From: Thermodesulfobacteriota bacterium
GTDB lineage: Bacteria; Desulfobacterota; Binatia; Bin18
Length of the DNA: 64,000 nt
NCBI GenBank assembly: GCA_964291405.2
Contig: OZ219926.1
Span: 1,184,001 to 1,248,000 of the forward strand
Direction: 5' to 3'
The position numbers were made by a program, and so were the translations under genes. Of the stretch, positions 1 through 9,437 are shown one piece after another; positions within the stretch are counted from its first letter, which is position 1; every line of letters begins with the position of its first letter. The notes under the pieces were generated by a model. That model had not been told where the DNA came from. It made no database searches and worked only from the letters and a program-made list of their open reading frames with translations.

Positions 1-2
1 AT

Positions 3-776
3 GTGGAGTGGGGCGATGCCCAGGCAACGCCTATAGTCTGTCTGCACGGCTTACGGGCCTATGGCCACTGGTTCGATGAGTTGGCCGTGGCCGTGAGCGA
101 CCGGTATCGGGTCCTGGCCCTGGACCAGCGCGGACGAGGGGAGACCGACTGGGCGGCGGACGGCGACTACACGCGGGAAGCCTACGTCTCTGATGTGGAG
201 GCCTTTGTCGAGACGCTTCAACTCGACAGGTTCACCCTGATTGGCCACTCGATGGGCGGTCTCAACGCCATGCACTACGCCGCGCGTCACCCCGAGCGGA
301 TGCTGGCGCTGGGCATCCTGGACATCGGCCCGGAGATTGACCCCGCCGGCATGCAGCGCATACGCGCCGAGCTGGGGGAGACGCCGGCGGGGTTTGACTC
401 CTGGCAGGCGGCCAAGGCGTTTCTGCAGATGCGCCACCCCAAAGCCTCGGAAGAAAACCGCCAGACGCGCCTCACCTGGATGCTCAAAGAGGGCGCGGAC
501 GGCAGGATAGCGTGGCGGATAGACCAGGCCATTTTCGATCCAAACCTGAAGCCCGACGATCCGCAGCAGACCTGGGACCTTTTGAGTCAGATTCGCTGCC
601 CGACCCTGATCCTGCGCGGTGGGGAGTCGGACGTGCTGAGCGTTGACACGTGTCAAAAAATGCTCACCCGCATCCCGGACGGTCGGTGGGTCGAAATTCC
701 CGGCGCGGGTCATATGGTGATTGAGGATAATCCCGAGGCGTGTAATGCGGCGCTGCTCGACTTCTTCAACCGTTAG
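3..776 (+). CDS. alpha/beta fold hydrolase (5' end probably outside window)
   Basis: HG oxyanion motif (CLHG), DQRGRG, GHSMGG nucleophile elbow, AGH catalytic His. Confidence 0.9.
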   Translation: MEWGDAQATPIVCLHGLRAYGHWFDELAVAVSDRYRVLALDQRGRGETDWAADGDYTREAYVSDVEAFVETLQLDRFTLIGHSMGGLNAMHYAARHPERMLALGILDIGPEIDPAGMQRIRAELGETPAGFDSWQAAKAFLQMRHPKASEENRQTRLTWMLKEGADGRIAWRIDQAIFDPNLKPDDPQQTWDLLSQIRCPTLILRGGESDVLSVDTCQKMLTRIPDGRWVEIPGAGHMVIEDNPEACNAALLDFFNR

Positions 777-785
777 GAGGATATC

Positions 786-1931
786 ATGTCCGCCCATCTC
801 GACCTTCAGGACTTCTCAAAAACCCGGCAGGACCTGCTGCGCGCCAGGCATCTGCCGGGCGAGTTTTACACCTCGCCCGAGATTTTCCAAAAAGAGATCG
901 AACAGATCTTCATGAAAGACTGGGTCTGCGTCGGACGGGTCGAGCAATATACTAAGCCGGGCGACTACCGCGCCCTGCGGATTGCCGGCGAGCCCGTCCT
1001 TGTCTGTAAGGATAAGAGCGGCGCACTGCATGCCTTTGCCAACGTGTGTCAGCATCGCGGGGTCGAGGTGGTCCAGGGCGAGGGGAATACCCAGGAGTTC
1101 AGCTGTCCGTATCACGCCTGGACGTACGGTCTGAACGGTGAGCTGACCGGTGCGCCCTACAGTGCACAGGTCACGGATTTCGACTGGAAGTCCTGCCGTT
1201 TGCCCAGCGTTCAGCTCGACACCTGGGCGGGCTATATCTTTATTAACTTCGATCCCCAGGCAGAAAGCCTGGCCTCCTATCTCGCCGTCGACCGCGTACA
1301 GGAAGCCGCCGGGTTTCTACGCGCCGAAGAGACGCGCATCGCCGACGAGTACACCTTTGAGCTGGACTGCAATTGGAAGTTTATCCCGGAAAACCTGATG
1401 GACATCTATCACGTCGGGGTGATTCATGGTTCGTCTTTTGGCAAGATCTTTCCCGTCGATAAATTTCCGTTCTACCTGACCCCCAACGGCTACCACTCGG
1501 AGTACGAAAGCCTGACCATGGCCCCGGATGGCGCCTGGCTGTTTGGCAAGGCCATGCCCTGGCTGGAACAGAAATCGAAATCCTTTGCCTTTACCATCTT
1601 CATCCGGCCGAGCTTCAATATGTTTGCCCGGCCCGACATGCTCCAGCCGTGGTTCTGTCATCCCATCGCGCCGGACAAAACGCGCATTACCATATTGACC
1701 CAATACCCGGACGAGTGGTTTGAACAGCCAGCCTTCGAGGCCAAGAACACGGTGGTCAAGGATTTCATTCGGCTGGTCGCCGGCGAAGACACCGAGATGA
1801 TGCTCTCGCTCCAGAACGGCGTCGGCTCCCGCAACTTCCGTCCCGGTCCGACTATGGGCCTCGAAAAAGCCATCCACCATTTGCTGAACTCCTATCTCGA
1901 TCGCATGTTCGGAGCGGAGGCGGCGGGGTGA
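786..1931 (+). CDS. Rieske non-heme iron oxygenase alpha subunit (choline monooxygenase-like, 'type A')
   Basis: CQHRG...CPYHAW Rieske motif; ENLMDIYHVGVIH mononuclear Fe motif; AGGAGG RBS. Confidence 0.93.
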   Translation: MSAHLDLQDFSKTRQDLLRARHLPGEFYTSPEIFQKEIEQIFMKDWVCVGRVEQYTKPGDYRALRIAGEPVLVCKDKSGALHAFANVCQHRGVEVVQGEGNTQEFSCPYHAWTYGLNGELTGAPYSAQVTDFDWKSCRLPSVQLDTWAGYIFINFDPQAESLASYLAVDRVQEAAGFLRAEETRIADEYTFELDCNWKFIPENLMDIYHVGVIHGSSFGKIFPVDKFPFYLTPNGYHSEYESLTMAPDGAWLFGKAMPWLEQKSKSFAFTIFIRPSFNMFARPDMLQPWFCHPIAPDKTRITILTQYPDEWFEQPAFEAKNTVVKDFIRLVAGEDTEMMLSLQNGVGSRNFRPGPTMGLEKAIHHLLNSYLDRMFGAEAAG

Positions 1932-2003
1932 GTCCATCGATTCGCCCGTCTATTTTGGGTGGGCGATAACGCGCCATCACACGCATCGGGATGGGAGACG
2001 AGC

Positions 2004-2897
2004 ATGGAGCACGAGCGTTTCAGTTATTCACCGATTGTCGACCGCAAGCCGCTCCGGTTTCCGAACGGCGCTCGCGTCGCGGTCTGGGTGATTCCGAACA
2101 TTGAGCACTTTCACTTCGACAAGCCCGCGACCTCGATCACGCCGGTTACGGCGCATCTGAAGCCCGACGTGCTGAACTACTCCTGGCGCGATTACGGCGT
2201 GCGGGTCGGTATTTGGCGCATGATGGAGGTGATGGATCGACACGACGTGCCGGGCACGGTCGCCCTGAATTCGGAGGTCTGTGCGCACTATCCGCAAATC
2301 ATTGAGGCCGGCAATCAGCGGCACTGGGAGTGGATGGGACACGGCACGACGAACTCGGTGCTGCTCAACGAGCAGACCGAGTCCGAGGAACGGACACTGA
2401 TCCGGGACGTGGTAGGCACCATCCGGTCGGCAACCGGGACCGCCCCCAAAGGCTGGCTGAGCCCAGCGCTGAGCGAATCCTACCGGACGCCGGATCTTCT
2501 GGCGGAGCATGGAATCGAGTACGTCTGCAACTGGGTCAACGACGAGCAGCCCTACCCGATGCGGGTCGCACAGGGACGCTTGATCTCCATGCCCTATTCG
2601 GTCGAGCTCAATGACATACCGGCCTTCCTTGAGCATGGCATGTCAGCGGAAGAGTTCTACCGGATGATCGTGGACCAGTTCGACGTGCTGTACGAGGACG
2701 GGGCCAAGACCGGGCGGGTCATGGCGATCTGTCTGCATCCCTTCCTGATCGGCCATCCCTTTCGCAGCAAATACTTCGCCAAGGCGCTCGCCCATATCAC
2801 CCAGCGGGAAGAGGTCTGGGTAGCAAAGGGCGGAGAGATCGCAGACTGGTATACCACCCACTGTCTGGATGGGTCCGATGGGAGGGAGCAAGCGTGA
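2004..2897 (+). CDS. polysaccharide deacetylase (CE4) family, PuuE/allantoinase-like
   Basis: VAVWVIPNIEHF, WRDYGVRVGIWR, EWMGHG, LHPFLIG motifs; ATG 2004 after GGAGA. Confidence 0.87.
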   Translation: MEHERFSYSPIVDRKPLRFPNGARVAVWVIPNIEHFHFDKPATSITPVTAHLKPDVLNYSWRDYGVRVGIWRMMEVMDRHDVPGTVALNSEVCAHYPQIIEAGNQRHWEWMGHGTTNSVLLNEQTESEERTLIRDVVGTIRSATGTAPKGWLSPALSESYRTPDLLAEHGIEYVCNWVNDEQPYPMRVAQGRLISMPYSVELNDIPAFLEHGMSAEEFYRMIVDQFDVLYEDGAKTGRVMAICLHPFLIGHPFRSKYFAKALAHITQREEVWVAKGGEIADWYTTHCLDGSDGREQA

Positions 2898-2932
2898 AAT
2901 TCGGCGTCTTTCTTCCGAACGGCAGAAGCTAA
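2894..2932 (+). pseudogene. N-terminal stub of an LLM-class monooxygenase (MKFGVFLPNGRS*)
   Basis: GTG overlaps the upstream stop (GTGA) behind GGAGGGAG; MKFGVFLPNG is a typical LLM/RutA-like N-terminus; stops after 12 codons. Confidence 0.6.
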
Positions 2933-2985
2933 AGACCTGCGCCGTAGATTCGGAGAGCCGGGCGGACCGGAGAGGCTCACCAGTC

Positions 2986-3060
2986 TCAGGTCAGATTATA
3001 GAATTGAATAGCACTGTCGGCGAGGACCTGCCGCTTGTGTTTCTCCGAAAGTTTGTCGGC
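2986..3060 (-). pseudogene. 3' stub of an amidohydrolase_2 gene (ADKLSEKHKRQVLADSAIQFYNLT*), copy 1
   Basis: Typical amidohydrolase_2 C-terminus; about 83% identical by manual alignment to 8368-8442. Confidence 0.65.
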
Positions 3061-3062
3061 AC

Positions 3063-4337
3063 TCATATGACGCCCTGCCCAGCCAGTAGGCTGATTTCGT
3101 CATCACTGAAGCCGGCTTGCTTGAGGACCTCTTGCGTGTGCTCGCCTAAATGGGGGGCACCACACTGGAAGGCCGTTACGCGCTGCTTGCCGTCCGTGGC
3201 AACGGAGACCGGGTAAGAGAGGTCGCGGTCGAAGCCGGGCTGACGGATTGCCTGAAAGGTGCCGCGGGCCTGGAAATGTGGGTCGTCGATGTTCTCTTCG
3301 GGATATCTCACGCTCGCCCACAACAAGCCTTTGGCCTGGGCGCGATGAAACACTTCCTCAGCGGTCATGGACAAAACCAGGGTGTCGATCAGCGTACTGA
3401 AACGCTTATGCGCCTCGGACGGTGAACGCTCGGCTAATTCGCGGTAGGCGTCCGATTCGAGATCGTGCTCAATACCAGCCTCATTCAGCATCTCCGTAAT
3501 GATCCGCACGTCGCGGTCGCCCCAAAACAAGAATGCCTTGACGTAGCGCCCGTCCTTGGTCCGGCGCAGCCACGGCGGTGTCCGGCCCACACCCGCGTGG
3601 CGTCCGGTCTGCCGTTGCACAACTTTTTCATTATAGATGTAGCTTGGTAGAGCGACCTCGGTGCAGGTGCTGACCGCTTCGTGAATCGACACATCAATAC
3701 AGTCGCCCTCACTCGCCGACTCGCCCAACTCGCGAAAATTGAGCGCCGCCGTGATCGCAATCACCGCGTGCTCACATGCAATATGATAGGCGTGCCACAT
3801 GCCGGGCGCGATCGGCGGCGTGTCATACGTTTTATCGGGCCGCGGATCGTATCCGCACGACGCCATCACCCCGCCCATCGCCAGCTGCGTCAGGTCCGTC
3901 ATCTTGAAATCACGATAAGGACCGTCGAGCCCAAAAGGGGTAATCGTGCAGACGATGAGACGCGGATTCGACTCCCGCATCTCTTGATACAGCCCAAGCC
4001 GCCGGTCTACGTCGGCGGCCTCGCCAGCATCGATAATAACGTCAGCGCGCTGTCCGAGGCGTTCCAGTACGTTCCGTCCCGCCGGCTGGTCAACCTCAAG
4101 ACGAACGCTCTTCTTCCCCAGGTTATAACGCCAGAAACACAGGCTTTGTTCCGGATCGGGTTGGGATGATGCAAAGGGACCCAGACGACGTGAGGGGGAC
4201 CCCTGGCGGCCCTCCAATTTGATCACGTCGGCCCCAAACGATGCCAGCAAGACGCCGGCGAATTCTCCGCGCTCATCACCGTTTTCGATGATGGCAGTTC
4301 CGTCGAGGGCTGCGCTCAAAGCCGCTTCAGTATTCAA
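3063..4337 (-). CDS. CaiB/BaiF family III CoA-transferase (likely non-catalytic subunit)
   Basis: FGADVIKLE, NLGKKSV, ITPFGLDGPY, APHLGEHT; no Asp at the expected catalytic position (WHAYHIA). Confidence 0.88.
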   Translation of the reverse strand: MNTEAALSAALDGTAIIENGDERGEFAGVLLASFGADVIKLEGRQGSPSRRLGPFASSQPDPEQSLCFWRYNLGKKSVRLEVDQPAGRNVLERLGQRADVIIDAGEAADVDRRLGLYQEMRESNPRLIVCTITPFGLDGPYRDFKMTDLTQLAMGGVMASCGYDPRPDKTYDTPPIAPGMWHAYHIACEHAVIAITAALNFRELGESASEGDCIDVSIHEAVSTCTEVALPSYIYNEKVVQRQTGRHAGVGRTPPWLRRTKDGRYVKAFLFWGDRDVRIITEMLNEAGIEHDLESDAYRELAERSPSEAHKRFSTLIDTLVLSMTAEEVFHRAQAKGLLWASVRYPEENIDDPHFQARGTFQAIRQPGFDRDLSYPVSVATDGKQRVTAFQCGAPHLGEHTQEVLKQAGFSDDEISLLAGQGVI

Positions 4338-5635
4338 ATGATCCAGTCCTCTCTGAGTTGCGCAATTGCCTCGGGGGTCAGCCCAAGCACATCGCGGTAT
4401 ACGGCATCGTTGTCCTCACCCATACACGGTGCAGCGCGGCCTGGCAGTCCGCCGACTTCGACCGGCATAGTGTGGAACTTGGCGGGAAAGCTTTCGATCG
4501 GCCAGGTTCCGATTTCGCTGTGAGGTAATGGCACAAAAGCGCCCCGCTCCTTGAGTTGCGGATCGCGCAGGTAACGATCGGCTGCCGTCTGCACGACACC
4601 GGCTGGGACGCCCCGCTTCTGCAGACGGTGCATCAGCTCGTAGCGGTCTTCACTTTTCGTGAACTCTGCCATCGATCGGTCAAGGTCATCTTCATGGGCT
4701 TTGCGTCCAGCCGCTGTCCTAAAGCGGGCGTCCCGCGCCCAGTCGGGCGAACCGATCTCAGCCACAAACGCTTGCCACTGCTCATCAGTCTGCACGGCTA
4801 GCGCGATCCATTCGTCAGGCCCGCGACAGGGGTACGCGCCATGCGGGGCCCAATCCGCAGCAGGCATCCGGTTGCCATAACGGGGAGTCGATTGCCCGGT
4901 CAGCTGGGCTTCCAGCACTGCGGTCCCGGACGTCATGACCCCGACCTCCGTCTGCGACAGATCAATATAACAGCCACGGCCGGTCCGCCGCCGATTCAAG
5001 AGCGCCAGCATCACATGCATAGCCCCGTAGTAGCCGGTTGAATGGTTAAGATACGAATAGCCCCATCCCGCTGGCGGCATGGGCGCGGGCAAGCCTGACA
5101 TATGGGTCAAACCCGAAAGCGCCTGTGCCGTCGGTCCGACGCTGAGATAATCGTTATACGTCCCCGACTTGCCCATCCCGCTGATCTGGAGATAAATGAG
5201 CCCGGGATTGATCGTACGCAGTGTATCGTAGCCGAGTTCCCACCGCTCCATCTGTCCGGGACTGTAGTTTTCGCACAGGACGGATGCCTTGGCGATCAAG
5301 CGTTTGAACAGGTCGCGTCCCTGCGGCAGGCTCATATTCAGTGTAATGCCATACTTGCCGGGGTTGATGTTATTGAACAGTCCGCTGCGATTCAGACTAT
5401 CGGCTTCCCCATCAGGGGCTTTCGGCAGTACTCCGCGCAGCAGGTCAAGTGCGCGCTGATCGTGCCATTCGACCCGGATCACCTCCGCACCCATGGTCGC
5501 CAGCATCCGTGTCGCATTGGGGCCGGCTACAATCTTCGTCAGATCTATGACCCGCACTCCCTCAAGGGGACGACGGCTGGCGGATTTATTGGGGCTTTTT
5601 GGTGTAGCCGGTTCGGATTGCGTCATTTGTGCCAT
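4334..5635 (-). CDS. CaiB/BaiF family III CoA-transferase
   Basis: PLEGVRVIDLT, GAEVIRVE, ENYSPG, APHGAYPC, APCMGEDN; start placed at MAQMT. Confidence 0.9.
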   Translation of the reverse strand: MAQMTQSEPATPKSPNKSASRRPLEGVRVIDLTKIVAGPNATRMLATMGAEVIRVEWHDQRALDLLRGVLPKAPDGEADSLNRSGLFNNINPGKYGITLNMSLPQGRDLFKRLIAKASVLCENYSPGQMERWELGYDTLRTINPGLIYLQISGMGKSGTYNDYLSVGPTAQALSGLTHMSGLPAPMPPAGWGYSYLNHSTGYYGAMHVMLALLNRRRTGRGCYIDLSQTEVGVMTSGTAVLEAQLTGQSTPRYGNRMPAADWAPHGAYPCRGPDEWIALAVQTDEQWQAFVAEIGSPDWARDARFRTAAGRKAHEDDLDRSMAEFTKSEDRYELMHRLQKRGVPAGVVQTAADRYLRDPQLKERGAFVPLPHSEIGTWPIESFPAKFHTMPVEVGGLPGRAAPCMGEDNDAVYRDVLGLTPEAIAQLREDWII

Positions 5636-5707
5636 CGGGGGTCTGCCTCCAGTTCTGTCTGTCCGCGAACATACTCCGGATAGTCTCTGCCTGCAATAAA
5701 ATACGAG

Positions 5708-5736
5708 TTGACATTGCCTTTCCCACGCCATACGAC
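5708..5736 (+). promoter_or_regulatory. sigma70-like promoter TTGACA-N17-TACGAC (copy 1)
   Basis: Same -35/-10 hexamers and 17-nt spacer recur at 9379-9407 although the spacer sequence has diverged. Confidence 0.6.
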
Positions 5737-5766
5737 GGCTGCACATGAAAAGGGAGTGTAACGCAT

Positions 5767-5872
5767 ATGACTGCTGTCAAACTGGACGAACCGCTATCGA
5801 TTCTCGTTCTGCTCGGGTTGACCTTGCCCGAAGTGTCTGAGGGCGACCTGGCAAAGATTCAGGCCGCGGCGC
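5767..5872 (+). repeat. 106-bp direct repeat = 5' stub of the D-2-hydroxyacid dehydrogenase gene at 9438
   Basis: Matches 9438-9543 with 2 mismatches; encodes MTAVKLDEPLSILVLLGLTLPEVSEGDLAKIQAAA and then diverges. Confidence 0.95.
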
Positions 5873-6028
5873 TGGGCGTGTTCAGGGCCGGGACCGGGAC
5901 GACAACGGCGCTGTCGGTCGGCTCGTTGGCCTATCTGTTGACCGCCTACCCGCGTACCCGGGGCAGCGGCTTTCTGGTCTGGCGGCCGGATCGGAATATG
6001 TAAGGCAGGTTGGGAATCCCTCGTAAAA

Positions 6029-6262
6029 ATGCGCAAAGGCAAAGAATTCGGACAATATATTGTCGTGGACCAGGACATCTGTCATGGCCAGCCGACCTTC
6101 AAGGGGACCCGGATCATGGTCAAGAGTGTCCTTGAAATGCTTGTTAAAGGTTGGGACTGGGATCGGGTCTCGGCGGCGTATGATGGCCGGATCGACCATG
6201 CCGCTATCGCTGAAGTCCTCTCGCTTGCAGGTGAAGCGCTCATCGAAAAGGCTGAAGGATAG
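6029..6262 (+). CDS. DUF433 domain protein (antitoxin-like, no adjacent PIN toxin)
   Basis: IVVDQDICHGQPTFKGTRIMV signature. Confidence 0.85.
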   Translation: MRKGKEFGQYIVVDQDICHGQPTFKGTRIMVKSVLEMLVKGWDWDRVSAAYDGRIDHAAIAEVLSLAGEALIEKAEG

Positions 6263-6372
6263 CCGCCAGAAATGTCCCTTCTACAGCTCAACGTCCTTGC
6301 TTGACCAGAACAAACTTTCGCTTTATATTCGCCCTAATGGGCCAAACGCTAGCATATAATTGTGAGGAATGT

Positions 6373-7487
6373 GTGGCGGACAATCTCTTCTTTGTTGAAT
6401 CCACGGAGCAGTCGCAAGTCAAAACTGCAATCGTTGCGAAATATTTCTGGGCATGGGCCAGGGTGATCATGCCAATTGCCAAAAAGCATGGAGGAAAGAT
6501 AGCCTATCTTGATCTCTTTGCAGGGCCAGGTCGCTACGAGGACGGCACCAAATCCACTCCGCTATTAATTATTGAACAAGCAATTCAAGACACTAACATG
6601 CGATCAATGCTTGTCACTGTGTTCAATGATATGGATTCCGATAATAGCCAATCGCTACAAGCTGCTATCAATGAAATTCCAAATATCGATACCCTGCGTT
6701 ACAAACCCGTCGTCGAGAATGAGGAAGTTGGTGAGAACATTATCAAGATGTTTGAAGAAATGAGTCTTATACCAACTCTCTTCTTTGTTGACCCGTGGGG
6801 CTACAAAGGACTCTCCCTACGGCTGATAAACTCCGTTCTTAAGAATTGGGGATGCGATGCTATTTTCTTTTTCAACTATAATCGAATCAACATGGGGCTC
6901 ACAAACGAATCTGTTGAGCAACACTTGAATGCTCTCTTCGGTCAAGAACGGGCAGACTCGCTCCGTTCCTATATCTCAGAACTCTCCCCAGAAAATCGTG
7001 AGGTCGCTATTGTTGAGGAGATCAGTAACGCTCTCCAAGCCATGGGGGGAACCTACGTTTTGCCCTTTCGATTTCGGACTGCCACCGGCGCACGGACCAG
7101 CCACCATCTCATATTCGTGAGTAAGAACATCCTTGGTTATAAAATAATGAAGGAGATAATGGCTAAGGAAAGCTCTTCGACAGTTCAAGGTATTCCTTCG
7201 TTCGAGTACAACCCCGCAATCAGTACGCAAGGAATTTTGTTTGAGCTAAGTCGTCCGCTTGATGAATTGGGAGAGATGTTACTCAACGATTTTGCCGAGC
7301 AGACGTTGTCGATGAAACAGATATACGAACGTCATCATATTGGGAGACGGTTTATAGAACAGAACTACAAAAAAGTATTGTCTATGCTTGAGGACGAAGG
7401 AAAAATCGTCGCATCACCGCTGCGGCACACCGCCGTAGAGGTACTTTCGCAAACAGTGTAAAGGTCACCTTCCCGCCGGAGAGGTAA
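6373..7487 (+). CDS. tcmP: three-Cys-motif partner protein (TcmP-like, methyltransferase-like fold); apparent frameshift near 7420
   Basis: YLDLFAGPG and [10 protein letters not shown] motifs; adjacent to DUF5131; GTG 6373 after GAGGA; ORF stops at 7461 but an alternative frame gives [18 protein letters not shown] ending at 7487. Confidence 0.82.
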
Positions 7488-7492
7488 TTCCT

Positions 7493-8284
7493 ATGGCAAA
7501 GTCTTCCATAGAGTGGACTGAGACAACTTGGAATCCCCTAACAGGCTGCCAAAAGATTAGTCCGGGCTGTAAGCACTGCTACGCCGAAAGGATGTCTCAT
7601 CGTCTCCGGGCTATGGGGCAGCCCAATTACGGTAATGGATTCGAGCTAACATTACATCCAAGGGTGCTCTCTGCTCCTTTATCTTGGAAAAGGCCTCAGA
7701 TTGTTTTCGTTAACTCTATGAGTGACCTCTTTCAAGAGGAAGTTCCAGTTAGTTATATACAGGAAGTGTTCTCGATAATGCGTGCAGCATCATGGCATCA
7801 GTTCCAAGTCCTCACCAAACGAGCAGAACGCCTGGAACAGCTTAGCGATGAGATTGATTGGCCAGATAATGTTTGGATGGGTGTCAGTGTCGAGAATCAG
7901 AAATATACTCCACGGATCAGTTGTCTTAGTCGAACTGGAGCTCACATAAAGTTTCTTTCTCTAGAACCTCTCCTTGGACCGCTTTGGAACCTCAATTTGG
8001 CAGATATAGATTGGGTTATCGTGGGAGGAGAATCGGGTCCTGGAGCCCGACCGATTCAAGAAGAATGGGTCCTCAATATCCGTGATCAGTGCCACGCCTC
8101 GCAAGTTCCTTTCTTTTTTAAGCAGTGGGGGGGCGTTAGAAAAAAGCGGACAGGTCGCATTTTGGAAGGACGAACTTGGGACGGGATGCCCAGAAAGTTT
8201 CGGCTTGGTCAAAGAGTCTTGTCCGATGTAGCCAACAAGTCTAGCTTTTATCCGTCAGTAGGCCGTGACCTCGTAGGTACATAA
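7493..8284 (+). CDS. DUF5131 / phage Gp37-Gp68 family radical-SAM-like protein
   Basis: [14 protein letters not shown]-x6-C-x2-[41 protein letters not shown]. Confidence 0.93.
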   Translation: MAKSSIEWTETTWNPLTGCQKISPGCKHCYAERMSHRLRAMGQPNYGNGFELTLHPRVLSAPLSWKRPQIVFVNSMSDLFQEEVPVSYIQEVFSIMRAASWHQFQVLTKRAERLEQLSDEIDWPDNVWMGVSVENQKYTPRISCLSRTGAHIKFLSLEPLLGPLWNLNLADIDWVIVGGESGPGARPIQEEWVLNIRDQCHASQVPFFFKQWGGVRKKRTGRILEGRTWDGMPRKFRLGQRVLSDVANKSSFYPSVGRDLVGT

Positions 8285-8367
8285 AAATTTTCTGTAGGAA
8301 AACTTTAGAGAGCCAGGGGCGGATGGTTGGTTACCATGATTTTGAGGGACGTTAGAACTCACCAATC

Positions 8368-8544
8368 TCAAGTCAAGTTATAGAATTGAATGGCGCTGTC
8401 GGCTGAGATCTACTGCTTGTGCTCCTACGAAAGTTTGTCGGCAACTATGGCCGGGGCACCGGGTGAGAAGCCCTCGGGATGGGGATAATCCGTAACCTAG
8501 AGAATCTTGTGCGGGTCGAGATGCTCGGCCAGATAGGCTAATTC
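8368..8544 (-). pseudogene. decayed 3' fragment of an amidohydrolase_2 gene, copy 2
   Basis: Minus strand reads ELAYLAEHLDPHKIL*VTDYPHPEGFSPGAPAIVADKLS*EHKQ*ISADSAIQFYNLT*, with a DYPHPEG motif and 3 internal stops. Confidence 0.75.
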
Positions 8545-8579
8545 AGGGTAAACGGCATAGAGCAGTGTAACGAGCTTCA

Positions 8580-8987
8580 CTATTCCCCCTCTTGCTCAAG
8601 CAGCGTTTCTGCCCACATAACAACTTCTTCCGCCAAGTGTATGGCGCTCTGATATTCCTCTTCGGTTATCGGCTCAACAATACCCGGATATCGTGTTTCC
8701 ACTGCATATCGAGTGAGAATGATCGCTTCTTTCACCTCTGACGGAACTTCTATCCCCTCGTCTTCAAGCCCTTTGCCCAATTCTTCCAAGTCATGAATAT
8801 ATCGAAATGGAAGTGCTCTTGATTGGTAGACCGCTTTGAGCGCCTTTTCCGCTGCTTGCTGAGCCAAAAAACACAAATCTTCCCGAAATGCTCCTTCGAC
8901 TTTCGACTGCTTAGCCAAAGCGAGATTCCCCTTAGCGCGTGCCAACCATTCCTGTGGACTACCTGGAATAGTGTTATCCCGTGGCAT
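8580..8987 (-). CDS. HEPN domain protein (MNT-HEPN toxin partner)
   Basis: EWLARA, CFLAQQAAEKALKA, YIHDL, YAVETRYPG. Confidence 0.9.
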   Translation of the reverse strand: MPRDNTIPGSPQEWLARAKGNLALAKQSKVEGAFREDLCFLAQQAAEKALKAVYQSRALPFRYIHDLEELGKGLEDEGIEVPSEVKEAIILTRYAVETRYPGIVEPITEEEYQSAIHLAEEVVMWAETLLEQEGE

Positions 8988-9297
8988 GGTAGAGTTCCTT
9001 GCCCGTTTCGAGCGCCTCCTTAATAACGAGGGAAGGATTCGCGGCATGCTTTTGGATATCGCTTTCCGTAACCACCACGATATCCTTAGCGAAGCCAAGA
9101 CCCCACAGGTGGCGATATATCTCTTGAGCAGTCTTTCCACGGTGACTGCCATCGGGCATGACGATCAGAGTATCCAGATCGCTATTTGGTCCCATCTCTC
9201 CGCGGGCGGCAGAACCAAATAGGATGATCCGTAGTGGATGTACCGCATCAACGATGCGACGCACAAGTTCCTGAAGGACTCTCTGGTCGGGTTTCAT
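8974..9297 (-). CDS. minimal nucleotidyltransferase (MNT) antitoxin
   Basis: ILFGSAARG...SDLD motif; overlaps the HEPN start. Confidence 0.9.
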   Translation of the reverse strand: MKPDQRVLQELVRRIVDAVHPLRIILFGSAARGEMGPNSDLDTLIVMPDGSHRGKTAQEIYRHLWGLGFAKDIVVVTESDIQKHAANPSLVIKEALETGKELYHATG

Positions 9298-9378
9298 GAC
9301 AGCTCTCTCACCAGATGTTTTTAGCATACCATAAGATGTCACCGACAGAAGCGGTTATTCGTCATCAGGGTCGATACG

Positions 9379-9407
9379 TTGACAGCGTCCCCACCACGTC
9401 ATACGAC
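9379..9407 (+). promoter_or_regulatory. sigma70-like promoter TTGACA-N17-TACGAC (copy 2)
   Basis: Conserved with 5708-5736; lies 30 nt upstream of the ATG at 9438. Confidence 0.6.
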
Positions 9408-9437
9408 TGCTGACAGCAAAAAGGGGGCGTGAGACCT

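Noticed and set aside
5767-6003. 78-aa ORF as a real gene
   Set aside because: Chimera of the duplicated dehydrogenase 5' end and unrelated sequence
7493-8284. Prophage, suggested by the phage Gp37/Gp68 family name
   Set aside because: No structural, integrase or replication genes nearby
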